Part shown: in pieces, positions 30,029-38,897 of the stretch | How the letters are laid out: the number at the start of each line of letters is the position of its first letter | Numbering within the stretch: the stretch's first letter is position 1 | Source: a virus | Lineage: Duplodnaviria > Caudoviricetes | DNA length: 64,000 nucleotides | Virus record (IMG/VR): IMGVR_UViG_3300045970_000924 | Span: 1,749 to 65,748 of that record | Reading direction: 5' to 3' (one strand) | The notes under the pieces: generated by a model | Database searches by the model: none | Seen by the model: the letters and a program-made list of their open reading frames with translations, nothing else | What the model was told of the DNA's origin: nothing | Translations under genes and position numbers: made by a program

Positions 30029-32152
30029 GTGGCGATCACCTTCGTAGCGGTTGGCACTGAGGGCTTTCCGGGGTTTTCGATCAACCCCGGAATCCCTGCG
30101 GGCATCGCCAGCGACGACATTCTGATCCTGCAAATCTTCTCGCCAGACAACGTCGCGCACACGGTATCTGACGGGGCGTATACCAAGTTCATTGACGTAT
30201 CTCCGACCGCAGCCTCACACCTCACGGTTTGGTGGAAGAGGACAAACGGCACCGAGAGCGCGCCGTCGTGCGGCGGTGCGGTAAATCAGGGATCCATCTC
30301 CGCAATCACTGCGTGGCGGGGCTGCGCCACGAGCGGATCCCCCATCGGCGTGGTGAGTAGCAGCGCCTCGACTGCTACGCTCACATCAACCCCGACGATC
30401 ACTGGCGTCACAACGACCGCAGCAAATGACATGGTCGTCGCGGTTGCTTGGGCGAGCAACATACAGAATATAATCACCGGTTTCAGTGGCGGTGTCACGA
30501 CGCTCGCTACGAACCAGGGCAACGGAAACGGGATCAGCAGCGACACGGGAACCGGCTACGCGACACAGGCGAGCGCAGGGGCGACCGGCACGGTCACGGT
30601 CAGCCTCGCTGGCTCCAACTCCGTGGACATCGGAGGGGTGCTGTTTTCGTTGAGTTTGTCGGGGGCCTACACCGAGACGGGCACTGTCGCTGCTGTTGCG
30701 ACGGTCGTCGGGACCGACATCCTTGTAGCGCCCGGTCCATCGCTCGACGGCGGCGCGTTCGACGTTGGCGCATTCGACGCGACGGGCGGCGGTGGCAGCA
30801 CCTTCACCGAGACGGGCACGGTCGCGGCCTCGGCCAGCGTCGCTGCCTCGGATGCAGAGCAACTGGTCGAGAGCGGGACCGCCGCGGCCTCGGGCAGCAC
30901 GGCTGGAACCGATGCGGCCGGCCGGGTCGAGAGCGGGACCGTCGCGGCTGCCGCCGCCGTAGCTGGCTCCGACAGCGAGGCGCTCGGGGAGACCGGCGCC
31001 GTCGCCGCGGCTGCATCGGCCACCGGCACCGACGCCGAGCAGCTCTCGGAGAGCGGCACCGCCGCACCTGCTGTCGCTGCTGCGGGCGCAGATGCGGCGC
31101 AGATGGTCGAGAGCGGCACGGTCGCTGCCGCCGGATCGACCGCCGGGACGGACACGCTCACCTCCGGCGGCGTGTTCACCGAGACGGGTTCCGTCGCCGC
31201 CACGGCGAGCGTCACGGGCGCGGACGCAGAGGCGCTCGCCGAGACCGGCGCCGTCGCTGCATCGGCCGCTGTGGCTGGGTCCGATGCCGGGCAGCTTACC
31301 GAGAGCGGGACGGTCGCTGCGTCTGGTGCCACGACCGGCACCGATGCCGAGCAGCTCGCGGAGACCGGCGCGGTTGCCGCTGCCGCCACCTCCGCTGGCT
31401 CCGACGCCGGGCAGGGAGTCGAGACCGCCACCGTCGCCGCGACGGCCTCCTCGACGGGCAGCGATGCCGGCGCGGGCGCGGAGACGGGCACCACCGCCGC
31501 CGGCGCGAGCATCTCCGGCGCCGATGCAACTGCGCTCACCGAGGCTGGCACAGTGGCGGCCAGCGCCGCCATCGCCGCCACGGATACTCTGTCCGCGGGC
31601 GGGGTCATCACCGAGACGGGCTCCGTCGCTGCCACGGCCTCGGCCGCAGGCACCGACGCGCTCACGGCTGCCGACAGCGGCAGCGTTGCGGCCTCTGCCT
31701 CGGCCGCCGGTGGCGACGGCCTCGGTCTGGGCGAGAGCGGGACGACCGGCGCCGCTGCGAGCACCTCCGCGGCAGATGCGGTGCAGCGGGGGGAATCAGG
31801 AGCAGTTGCAGCTGCAGCGTCCATCTCCGGAACGGACGCAGGGGCGTTCGCGCAGTCCTCCACCGCAGCGCCGACGTGGGGCAGCACCGGCCTCGATGCG
31901 GCGCTGTTCAGCGAACTCGGCACCGGCGTTCTTGTCGTCGTCGTCGCCGCGACCGACACGTTCGCCGAGAACATGCTGGCGCCGATCGTGGTCGTGCACC
32001 TCGGTGGCCTGCGCGACTCGATCGGCCTGCTGGGGCTGCATGACGCCACTGTGCTTGTGGGGACTCGAGCCACCACCACCGTGGCAGGACTCCACGACCA
32101 GACCTCCGCTGCTGGTCTCGCCACCCTCACCGCCCTCACCGGGAGGACCTAG
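30029..32152 (+). CDS. Long fibre/adhesin-like protein with about 20-aa E[TS]GxVAAxAxxxGxD repeats
   Basis: AAGGAGG RBS; lower-GC N-terminal domain followed by a long tandem repeat stalk. Confidence 0.8.
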   Translation: MAITFVAVGTEGFPGFSINPGIPAGIASDDILILQIFSPDNVAHTVSDGAYTKFIDVSPTAASHLTVWWKRTNGTESAPSCGGAVNQGSISAITAWRGCATSGSPIGVVSSSASTATLTSTPTITGVTTTAANDMVVAVAWASNIQNIITGFSGGVTTLATNQGNGNGISSDTGTGYATQASAGATGTVTVSLAGSNSVDIGGVLFSLSLSGAYTETGTVAAVATVVGTDILVAPGPSLDGGAFDVGAFDATGGGGSTFTETGTVAASASVAASDAEQLVESGTAAASGSTAGTDAAGRVESGTVAAAAAVAGSDSEALGETGAVAAAASATGTDAEQLSESGTAAPAVAAAGADAAQMVESGTVAAAGSTAGTDTLTSGGVFTETGSVAATASVTGADAEALAETGAVAASAAVAGSDAGQLTESGTVAASGATTGTDAEQLAETGAVAAAATSAGSDAGQGVETATVAATASSTGSDAGAGAETGTTAAGASISGADATALTEAGTVAASAAIAATDTLSAGGVITETGSVAATASAAGTDALTAADSGSVAASASAAGGDGLGLGESGTTGAAASTSAADAVQRGESGAVAAAASISGTDAGAFAQSSTAAPTWGSTGLDAALFSELGTGVLVVVVAATDTFAENMLAPIVVVHLGGLRDSIGLLGLHDATVLVGTRATTTVAGLHDQTSAAGLATLTALTGRT

Positions 32153-32508
32153 TGCCCGCCTCGACCAAGCTCACGATCCCGCTCGGCCGCACCTGCCCCA
32201 TCGCCTGGAGCTACACCAGCGACGGCACCACCCCCGTGTCGATCGCCAGCGTCACCGACATCGTCCTGACGATCCGCGCCGGCGCCAGCGTCTCGAGCGC
32301 GCTGCTGGTCCAGAAGTCGCTACTCGGCGGCGGGGTGACGATCAGCGACGCGGCCGCAGGGCTGGCGACCATCACCCTGGCCGCTGGCGACACCGCGGGC
32401 CTCACGCCCGGCACCTACGCCTACGACGTCAAGGTGCTCTTCGTCGACGGCTCGATCGACTTCCCTTCGATCGGCTCGGTGGTGCTGACGGACCACCCTG
32501 GACGGTAG
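32152..32508 (+). CDS. BppU-like fibre attachment protein
   Basis: ISDAAAGLATITLAAGDTAGLTPGTYAYDV motif; last gene before the terminator. Confidence 0.6.
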   Translation: MPASTKLTIPLGRTCPIAWSYTSDGTTPVSIASVTDIVLTIRAGASVSSALLVQKSLLGGGVTISDAAAGLATITLAAGDTAGLTPGTYAYDVKVLFVDGSIDFPSIGSVVLTDHPGR

Positions 32509-32532
32509 CCGCTCGCCAGACCTGACGCCTGC

Positions 32533-32568
32533 GCCCCGCTCTGCCCTTCGGGGTTGGGCGGGGCTTTT
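32533..32568 (+). terminator. Rho-independent terminator ending the late region
   Basis: GCCCCGC...CCCTTCGGGG...GCGGGGC hairpin followed by TTTT, where the two transcription directions converge. Confidence 0.75.
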
Positions 32569-32666
32569 GGCCGTTCAGCGCCGGGGAGCCCTCCGCTCCC
32601 GCCCCGGCCCGGGTGGATCAGCAGCGCTGCCCGGAGAGAGGCCGCGCCACCGTGCGTGTAGCCACT

Positions 32667-33245
32667 CTACTCCGGCGGGCTCCACTGCCACACGGGGGCC
32701 GTCCCGCGCGCTCCGAGCCAGCGGTTGGCTTCCTCGAGCGAGTACGCCTCCTCGCCAGCCCGGCGCAGCTCGCCCTGACGCGCCAGCAGCCGCACGTGCT
32801 CCGGTGAGCAGGACCCCAGCGCGGCTAGCTCGCGCGAGGTGAGCGCGTCGAGCTCCGCGTTGCTCGCGCGGGTCCGCGCCCACGCGGCGACGAGCACCAC
32901 ATCGAGGTCGGTGTCGAGAGGCCGATCGAGTTGGTAGACGGGGTTCGGCGCCCAGTCGTCGCCCCCGAGGGTGCTGTAGAGCGTGGTGCAGATCGAGAGC
33001 ATCCGGTCGCGGGCGTAGGAGCCGGCCACCGCGGGATCGTCCGTCTCGCCATCGCGGCCGGTCTGCGCGTAGAGGCAGAGGGCCTGCAACGAGTAGGTCA
33101 GGTCGCTCGGCCCCATCTCTGCCGCCGTGCGCCCGAGAGGGAAGAGAAGCGAGGCGAGGCGCTGCAGCACGCGCTCCTCGGTCTCGCGGGCAAGGGCGGC
33201 GGGGTCGATCTTGTCGAGTCGGGGCTTGTCGGTGGGGGGTGACAT
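32667..33245 (-). CDS. Hypothetical protein with a C-terminal HTH
   Basis: LTSRELAALGSCSPEHVRLLARQGEL. Confidence 0.65.
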   Translation of the reverse strand: MSPPTDKPRLDKIDPAALARETEERVLQRLASLLFPLGRTAAEMGPSDLTYSLQALCLYAQTGRDGETDDPAVAGSYARDRMLSICTTLYSTLGGDDWAPNPVYQLDRPLDTDLDVVLVAAWARTRASNAELDALTSRELAALGSCSPEHVRLLARQGELRRAGEEAYSLEEANRWLGARGTAPVWQWSPPE

Positions 33246-33249
33246 TGTG

Positions 33250-33450
33250 TTAGATGCAGGCGGCGCAGACGTGCGTCGAGCTCGGGGCGCGCACGCGGTT
33301 CTGCCCGGTGAAACTGGCGCCGCTCCATTTCTCGACCGGCATCCCCGAGGTGGCGGGTGAGCCGCAGACCCAGCAGAGACAGGCGCAGGGCTCGCAGTCC
33401 TCAACGGCTGGACTGCCAACATGGCGATGAATCAGTTGAGACGCGCTCAT
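33250..33450 (-). CDS. 66-aa zinc-finger ORF resembling the N-terminus of type IV Csf1/Cas8; possibly a truncated remnant
   Basis: MSASQLI...CWVCG...W.GASFTGQN..RAPSSTHVCAAC then an immediate stop. Confidence 0.45.
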   Translation of the reverse strand: MSASQLIHRHVGSPAVEDCEPCACLCWVCGSPATSGMPVEKWSGASFTGQNRVRAPSSTHVCAACI

Positions 33451-33501
33451 TCGTACGGTGTGCGCGTTGAAAGTCGGGGAGGGAAGAGGGGGCTGCTTCC
33501 G

Positions 33502-33849
33502 TCACTTCACCGGGCAGGTCCCGCCCCCGGCGTGCACGTACTCCCACTCCTCGGGGCTGCTCGAGCGGATGCCGGGTTTGGCGAGCCGCTTCCCGCAGGC
33601 GGGGCACGAGGTGAGCACCGCAGACGCGGGCGCCGAGACCACGGGTGCTGCCGGGTGTCGCAGGCACTTCGGAGGCACTCCATGCGCCGGGCGGTTGCAC
33701 CGTGAGCAGCGGAAGGGCACCTCCTTGAGCGGGCGCCCTCCCAGCAGCGCGTTCGCGCGCACGGCCTTCGTCTTTGCGGGGCTCTTCACCTTGCCTCCGC
33801 GACGGCCGAGGGCTGCAGCTGCCTCGCTGATCTCCTTCTTGGTGGCCAT
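33502..33849 (-). CDS. Small basic protein with a GRRGG...ANALLGGRP motif and CxxC pairs
   Basis: AAALGRRGGKVKSPAK motif; CSRC and CPAC. Confidence 0.65.
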   Translation of the reverse strand: MATKKEISEAAAALGRRGGKVKSPAKTKAVRANALLGGRPLKEVPFRCSRCNRPAHGVPPKCLRHPAAPVVSAPASAVLTSCPACGKRLAKPGIRSSSPEEWEYVHAGGGTCPVK

Positions 33850-33950
33850 GGCTGAACTCTACCCCGCGACCCGGGCGATGAGATCGAGCCAGTGGGCGGT
33901 CGTGAAGACCTCGCACCCGCAGTCCTTCGCGAAGGGGCCGGTCGCGGTGG

Positions 33951-35030
33951 TCACGCGGCCTCCGCGAGTCGAGCCTTCGCCTTGATGCGCTCGACGGTGC
34001 GGGAGGTGATCCCGAACTCCTCCGCGATCTGCGCTGCGCTGCGCTCGCCAGCGCGCACGGCAGCGAGCACGTCGTCGCTGCGGTGGTCATGCGTGTCGCT
34101 AGGCAGGGCCTCGCCCTCGGCGGTGATCTCCTCGTACCAGGAGGCGACGGCATTCTCCGTTGAGAGGCGCACGAACCGGGCGCGCATCATCTTGACGTCC
34201 ACCGTGACGCCCAGGCGAGCCGTCATCGCCTTCTTGGTGAAGCCCTCGGCGACCATCTCGCGGAGCTTCCGCTGCGTCGGGCCGGCTGGGACGAGCCCCT
34301 TGAACGGCGGCGGGACGATCTTCTCCTCTTCGACCCGGCGCACGAGGCGGGCGATCTTGGCGGCGCTTGCGGCGGTGACACGTGCGGGCTTCACCGTGAA
34401 CCACGAGGCACTGTCCTTGTAGCCGAGGGAGGTGGCGATCCATGTCTGGGAGAAGCCGCGCTCCTTCAGGCTCGCGAGCAGCGCGTACGTCGGCGCGCCG
34501 TCCACCAGCCCGTGGTCCGCGCGAGCACCCTCATCGACCGCGAGGATGCGCCGGGAGGTGTTGCCGCGGATGCGCGGGGTCCGTCCGCTGATGATCCCGC
34601 AGAGGGTCGTCGCGCTGATGTCGCACGCCGCAGCGACGGCCTTGTACCCAACGCCCGCGGCCGAGAGCTTGGCGAGGTGCTCGCGCGCGGGGCTGGCGTC
34701 CACCAGCCCGTTCCACACGGCCGCCCGGTCCACGCAAGCGAGGCAGACCGGCTGACCACGGAGCCACGCCCCGCCCTTCACGCAGGGCTTCCCGTTGCAG
34801 CCCAGGCAGAGCCTCACCCTGTGAGCCTTGCCCGCCCGCATGAGCACGCCGAACGACTCGCCAGGGTTGGGCACCACCTCGGATACCGCCGCCCGGATGC
34901 GCCGCACCCGCTCGCGCTCGTAGGCGCTGCGAGCGTCCCGGCAGGGCTGGCAGTGGCACCCGCAGGTGTAGCGCCCGCGTGTCCCGTGGGGGAAGTGCTC
35001 GGCCGGCGGCAGGTCGATGGGGCGGCCCAT
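33951..35030 (-). CDS. Multi-HTH, zinc-finger DNA-binding protein
   Basis: HGTRGRYTCGCHCQPC; repeated GLVDA/GLVPA-led HTH units; SAAQIAEEFGITSRTVERI. Confidence 0.75.
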   Translation of the reverse strand: MGRPIDLPPAEHFPHGTRGRYTCGCHCQPCRDARSAYERERVRRIRAAVSEVVPNPGESFGVLMRAGKAHRVRLCLGCNGKPCVKGGAWLRGQPVCLACVDRAAVWNGLVDASPAREHLAKLSAAGVGYKAVAAACDISATTLCGIISGRTPRIRGNTSRRILAVDEGARADHGLVDGAPTYALLASLKERGFSQTWIATSLGYKDSASWFTVKPARVTAASAAKIARLVRRVEEEKIVPPPFKGLVPAGPTQRKLREMVAEGFTKKAMTARLGVTVDVKMMRARFVRLSTENAVASWYEEITAEGEALPSDTHDHRSDDVLAAVRAGERSAAQIAEEFGITSRTVERIKAKARLAEAA

Positions 35031-35033
35031 GGC

Positions 35034-35384
35034 TCAGGCCGCCTTCAGCGCCCGGCGCGCGGCGTTGCGGTGCTTGCGGCAGAGCAGCTGCTCCTCGTCG
35101 CCCGTCTCGCTCTCGCAGGCCGCGATCACGCACACGAGCGGCAGCCGGGGCGTGTCGTAGACCGGGCGGTAGGCCCGCTGCGGCATACCCAGCGCGGCCG
35201 CCTCGGCGTCGAAGAGGTCGGCGATCTGGGTATACCGCTCGTCGAGGTCGACCCGGCAGGTCGGGCGGTAGCTCGGGTGCTGGACGATGTTCTGGCGCAT
35301 CGCCTCGACGTTGAGCCACCCGGTGAGCAGGCGGACCAGAGCGTCCATCGGGTGAGGCTTGGTCATGGTCATGGTCATGGTCAT
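35034..35384 (-). CDS. Hypothetical protein starting in an (ATGACC)4 repeat
   Basis: GGAG RBS; C-terminal CVIAAC...LCRKH. Confidence 0.6.
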   Translation of the reverse strand: MTMTMTMTKPHPMDALVRLLTGWLNVEAMRQNIVQHPSYRPTCRVDLDERYTQIADLFDAEAAALGMPQRAYRPVYDTPRLPLVCVIAACESETGDEEQLLCRKHRNAARRALKAA

Positions 35385-35428
35385 GGTGGTCTCCAGGGAA
35401 CGGATTGGAAGTCGGGGAGGGAAGGGGC

Positions 35429-35734
35429 CTAGAAGCTGCCGAGGCGCTCGAGCTGCCCGCTCGGGAGGTGCACCACGGCCGCGGGCTGGCCCGGGTCCGG
35501 GTAGAGCAGCCACCCACGGGCGACCTCGCGCGAGGCGGTGACGGCGACGAAGTGCGCCTCCGTCCGGTTGCCCACCGGGAAGGCCCGCAGGCCCCAGCAG
35601 GCGGGGCCCTGCTCGCGCCCTTGGTGCGGAGCCACCCGGAGGGACTCGGCGAGGGCGGCGGCCTTCGCCCGGGCGTCTGCGGCCCAGCCTGCGCGAACTT
35701 CGTTGCGGAGGCGGATGGTGGAGGCGCTGTCCAT
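35429..35734 (-). CDS. Hypothetical protein
   Basis: ATG 2 nt after the upstream stop; operon context. Confidence 0.55.
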   Translation of the reverse strand: MDSASTIRLRNEVRAGWAADARAKAAALAESLRVAPHQGREQGPACWGLRAFPVGNRTEAHFVAVTASREVARGWLLYPDPGQPAAVVHLPSGQLERLGSF

Positions 35735-35736
35735 GG

Positions 35737-35925
35737 CTAGAACGCCACCGCGCCGGCCTTGACGGCCTCGTCGTAGGCCCAGAGGTAGTCCTTGCGGGCC
35801 TGCGCCACCTCGGCCTCGGGGCAGGTCTCCAGGAACCGCTGCGCCTTGTTCAGCGTGCGCAGCGCGGAGGCCTTGGCCGAGAGATTCAGAACCGAGGGCT
35901 GCTGGGTAGCGGCGGTGGTGGTCAC
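35737..35925 (-). CDS. Small hypothetical protein, first gene of the accessory operon
   Basis: GGAG RBS plus GTG, just downstream of a consensus promoter. Confidence 0.65.
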   Translation of the reverse strand: MTTTAATQQPSVLNLSAKASALRTLNKAQRFLETCPEAEVAQARKDYLWAYDEAVKAGAVAF

Positions 35926-35955
35926 TTGCGCTCCGTGTGCTGCGAGGGTGAGAAG

Positions 35956-35984
35956 ACAATACCTAGACGCTTTGGTTTTGTCAA
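35956..35984 (-). promoter_or_regulatory. Sigma70-type promoter for the leftward accessory operon
   Basis: TTGACA-17 bp-TATTGT on the minus strand. Confidence 0.8.
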
Positions 35985-36020
35985 CACAGGAACGAGCACG
36001 ACCTGTCGATTCCTGGCCCG

Positions 36021-36237
36021 TGTGCGAACTGTGTGCGCCGCCCGGTTCGGCTCCCTCTGGAGACTGCCGCGCGTTACCGAGCTGTCGGCCACCCCGAAAA
36101 CAGACCTAACCAGTTGTCTGCGCTCACGAATCTAGGAATAGAACAGGCCGATTCGTAATCAGCAGGTCATCGGTTCAAATCCGATTGTCGGCTCCACTTT
36201 TTCCCGGCCCACCGCAGCACTGTGCGAACCGTGTGCG
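36021..36237. other. attP: tRNA-Thr(CGT) 3'-half core (36150-36196) flanked by arm-type direct repeats
   Basis: GATTCGTAATCAGCAGGTCATCGGTTCAAATCCGATTGTCGGCTCCA is anticodon loop to CCA with no 5' half. TGTGCGAACYGTGTGCG occurs at 36021 and 36221. Adjacent to the 3' end of int. Confidence 0.88.
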
Positions 36238-36242
36238 GATTT

Positions 36243-37301
36243 TCAGCCCCGGCCACGCAACCCGATGTAGCCCTCGGTGGTCTTCAGGTCGGCGTGCCCA
36301 AGCCACGCCTGGATCTGGCGCAGAGGGATGCCCTGCTCGTGCCAGCGCGTCGCGGCTCCATGCCGCAGGTCGTAGCTGGTGAAGCGTCGAACACCGGCTT
36401 TGCGGCAGGCCCTGGTGAGCGCCCGGCCGAGCTGCTGCGCCTCATCGTCCGGGTAGCGCCGGCCGCAGCACCGGATCGCCGCGTCGATCGCCTCCTTCGG
36501 AACGTGCGTCACCTCGATCGCTCGCAGCGTCTTGCCGTCTGGGTCGCGCAGGATGCCGCGGGCCTTGTCGATGCTGGCGAGGTTGAGCCGCGCGAACGAG
36601 CCCCACCGGAAGCCAGAGCCGCGCAGGACGATCGCGGCGTCCGCCCACTTCGCCGAGAGGAACGGAAGCACGGCGTCGAGCTCCTCGTCCGTCGCCGGAC
36701 GGTGCGGGCGGATGTCCCGGTGCTCCTTGAGCAGATGGACCTTGCGCATCGGGTTCGCGTCCTCAGCGATCTTCTCCAGCCGCACCGCCCACGACATGAG
36801 CGACATCATCGCGGCCAGGTCGCGGTTGACGGCTGCCTCGCCCACCGGGCGCAGCGCATTCGGCAGGGGCAGTCCGTCGGGTCCGCGCTTGGGGCGCTTG
36901 CGCGGGGCCTCGTGCAAGGCGGCGTTGCCTGCCCGGCGCCACGCAATGAACCCGTCGGCGATCGCGACCGTGAACGCCTCCACGGTGGCCACGCCGAGCG
37001 GCGAGAGGTACGCGCCCCAACGCAGGTAGGCCGCCCGCTGCTGGTCGACGTGCTTCTCGCCGTTGGTCGCCTCGCTGTGGACCAGGTAGTCCTTGATCAG
37101 CCCTGCGATGCCGGTGGCGGCTTTTTCGTCGCTTCCCGGAACGTATCCATCAGGGTCTCGCTCGAACCGGGCGAGCTGCTCAAGCGCGCCGGGGAGCGTG
37201 TGGCAGCGCGTCGTCTCGCGATACTCGCGGCCGCTGATCGAGAGGCTGATGTGGTAGACGCGGCCCCGGATGATGCCCCCGACCCACTTCTTGCTTTGCA
37301 C
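36243..37301 (-). CDS. int: Tyrosine integrase
   Basis: GGAGG RBS plus GTG; SGFRWG (catalytic R), YDLRH, LGHADLKTTEGY. Confidence 0.9.
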   Translation of the reverse strand: MQSKKWVGGIIRGRVYHISLSISGREYRETTRCHTLPGALEQLARFERDPDGYVPGSDEKAATGIAGLIKDYLVHSEATNGEKHVDQQRAAYLRWGAYLSPLGVATVEAFTVAIADGFIAWRRAGNAALHEAPRKRPKRGPDGLPLPNALRPVGEAAVNRDLAAMMSLMSWAVRLEKIAEDANPMRKVHLLKEHRDIRPHRPATDEELDAVLPFLSAKWADAAIVLRGSGFRWGSFARLNLASIDKARGILRDPDGKTLRAIEVTHVPKEAIDAAIRCCGRRYPDDEAQQLGRALTRACRKAGVRRFTSYDLRHGAATRWHEQGIPLRQIQAWLGHADLKTTEGYIGLRGRG

Positions 37302-37468
37302 AGGTACGCCTCCACATCTTCGCGCTGGTAGCGGATCTGAGCGCCAACCTTCATCCCGGTCAACTGCCCGTGCCTGCGCAGCGAGCGCACGGTGTCTACG
37401 CTCACCGAGAGCCACTCGGCGACATCGGCGCTGGTGAGAAGCGCGTGCAGGGGTCTGGCTGCGCTCAC
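37097..37468 (-). CDS. xis: Excisionase-like HTH protein; its 3' part overlaps int in another frame
   Basis: LLTSADVAEWLSVSVDTVRSL...G.L...KVGAQIRY; GAGGAG RBS. Confidence 0.75.
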   Translation of the reverse strand: MSAARPLHALLTSADVAEWLSVSVDTVRSLRRHGQLTGMKVGAQIRYQREDVEAYLCKARSGSGASSGAASTTSASRSAAASIARRRAATRSPARLSSSPGSSETLMDTFREATKKPPPASQG

Positions 37469-37740
37469 GGACTGCTCCTCTTGGCACGGATAGCTCGCAG
37501 GACCCCGGTCTTGACCGGCAGATCGTGCTTGCCCATCCGGAAGCCCATCCCGTCGAGCACGCGGGCAACGGCAGCGCGGACGCGCCTTCGCTCGGCGGCT
37601 CGAGCCCGCTGGGCAACGGTGGCGATGATGGTCGGGCGCACCTCGGCAACGAGTGCCCGGTTGCAGGCAGCGCAGCAGTCGACGTACGTCGCGTCCTTGC
37701 TGCGGGGGCGGGACTGGCAGACCTCGCAGGGCCGCTTCAC
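37465..37740 (-). CDS. Small zinc-finger hypothetical protein
   Basis: CEVC...CAAC; overlapping start/stop coupling. Confidence 0.55.
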   Translation of the reverse strand: MKRPCEVCQSRPRSKDATYVDCCAACNRALVAEVRPTIIATVAQRARAAERRRVRAAVARVLDGMGFRMGKHDLPVKTGVLRAIRAKRSSP

Positions 37741-37934
37741 GGGATGCTCCAGATCGTCTCGCCCGTCGACAGCGTGCGCCGGCAGACGCAGATGCGGTCC
37801 CGATGCCCGACGAACTTGTAGTCACCGGGGGCGCAGGCGCGGGCGCACTCCTGCTCGATCCTGTGCCCGCTTCGGATGGTCGCCGCAATGAGCAGGGCCC
37901 CGAACGCCACGATGATGCAGACGATCGTCTTCAT
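37737..37934 (-). CDS. Small membrane-anchored or secreted Cys protein
   Basis: Hydrophobic N-terminus; coupled to neighbouring genes. Confidence 0.5.
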   Translation of the reverse strand: MKTIVCIIVAFGALLIAATIRSGHRIEQECARACAPGDYKFVGHRDRICVCRRTLSTGETIWSIP

Positions 37935-38722
37935 GGCCGCCCCGCCCCCAGCCGCACCAGCAGCGGAGCCAGCCGAAGGGGGCAGTCTGGCGGCGCGGAG
38001 CCGTCAGAGTGCACCTGCTCGGCTTGAGCCCCAGGCGCGGCGCAGGCGTAGGTGTCGTAGAGGAACGGGCAGTCCCGGCACCCCGCCACCTCCACGACCC
38101 GCTCCGGCGCAGCGAGCGCAGCGCGGGCGGCGTCTAGCGCGGCCTCGATGGCGTCGATCATCTTCGCCTTGTCGGTGAACGCGGGGTAGTCGTCGCGCAG
38201 CGCCAGCAGCGCCCGCAGCGCCTCGGTGGGGGTCTGGCTCATGGGTACTCCCTCCTTGCGTGGGCGCGCACCATCGCGCGCGAGATCGCCCCCCAGCGCC
38301 TCGCCCTCGGCAGCGATGGGCGCGGCCATCCACCGCTTCGCCTGCGCGCACTTGTGCTTGGCGTGGTGCGTGCCGCTGCGGGCGCATCCCTCGGTCACGC
38401 TGCCGGTCGGGGTGCAGTCACCGAGCGGGATCGCAGCGACGGGCGCGGCAGCGGCCTCCTCCAGAGCGCATTCGAGCCGCTTGCCGCCGCGCCTGCGCAG
38501 GAACTCCGTCGCGGCAGCAGGCGCGGGGAGCGGGGCGGCGAGGCGAGCGCGGATCTCGTCCACGAGCGCCACGGTCGCGTCGTTGTGCGCAGCCGCGCGC
38601 ACGCTCCACTCCGCGTGCAGGACCGCCGCCGCCTCCTGCGCAGCAACCACCCTCCGGAGCAGCGTCGTCGCCTCGTCCAACTTGGTCTGCAACGTCGCCA
38701 CCACGTAGTCGTCGGTGCTCAC
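37931..38722 (-). CDS. Hypothetical protein (possible internal start at 38242)
   Basis: GGAGG upstream of GTG 38722; second AAGGAGG-ATG inside; C-terminal GCRDCPF...PPDCPL. Confidence 0.5.
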   Translation of the reverse strand: MSTDDYVVATLQTKLDEATTLLRRVVAAQEAAAVLHAEWSVRAAAHNDATVALVDEIRARLAAPLPAPAAATEFLRRRGGKRLECALEEAAAAPVAAIPLGDCTPTGSVTEGCARSGTHHAKHKCAQAKRWMAAPIAAEGEALGGDLARDGARPRKEGVPMSQTPTEALRALLALRDDYPAFTDKAKMIDAIEAALDAARAALAAPERVVEVAGCRDCPFLYDTYACAAPGAQAEQVHSDGSAPPDCPLRLAPLLVRLGAGRP

Positions 38723-38897
38723 TTCCCACCTCCTGCGCCGGGGGCGCTCGCGCGGCGTCCGTAAATGATGCCGTACCAATCTCCGGTGCGGCGGCAGAGG
38801 CGAGCCATTGCGCGCTGCCCGCGATTCCAGCGCCGCCCAACCAACACCGACCGTCGCGCCCACTTCACGAACCGACGCCGAACCCATGCGCGGGCGC

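Noticed and set aside
30780-31900. Diversity-generating retroelement or CRISPR-like repeats
   Set aside because: The repeats are degenerate protein-level units; no reverse transcriptase or adenine-specific TR/VR pair was seen in the window.
36140-36196. Functional tRNA-Thr gene
   Set aside because: The 5' acceptor strand and D-arm are missing and the anticodon stem is mismatched; it is an attP core.
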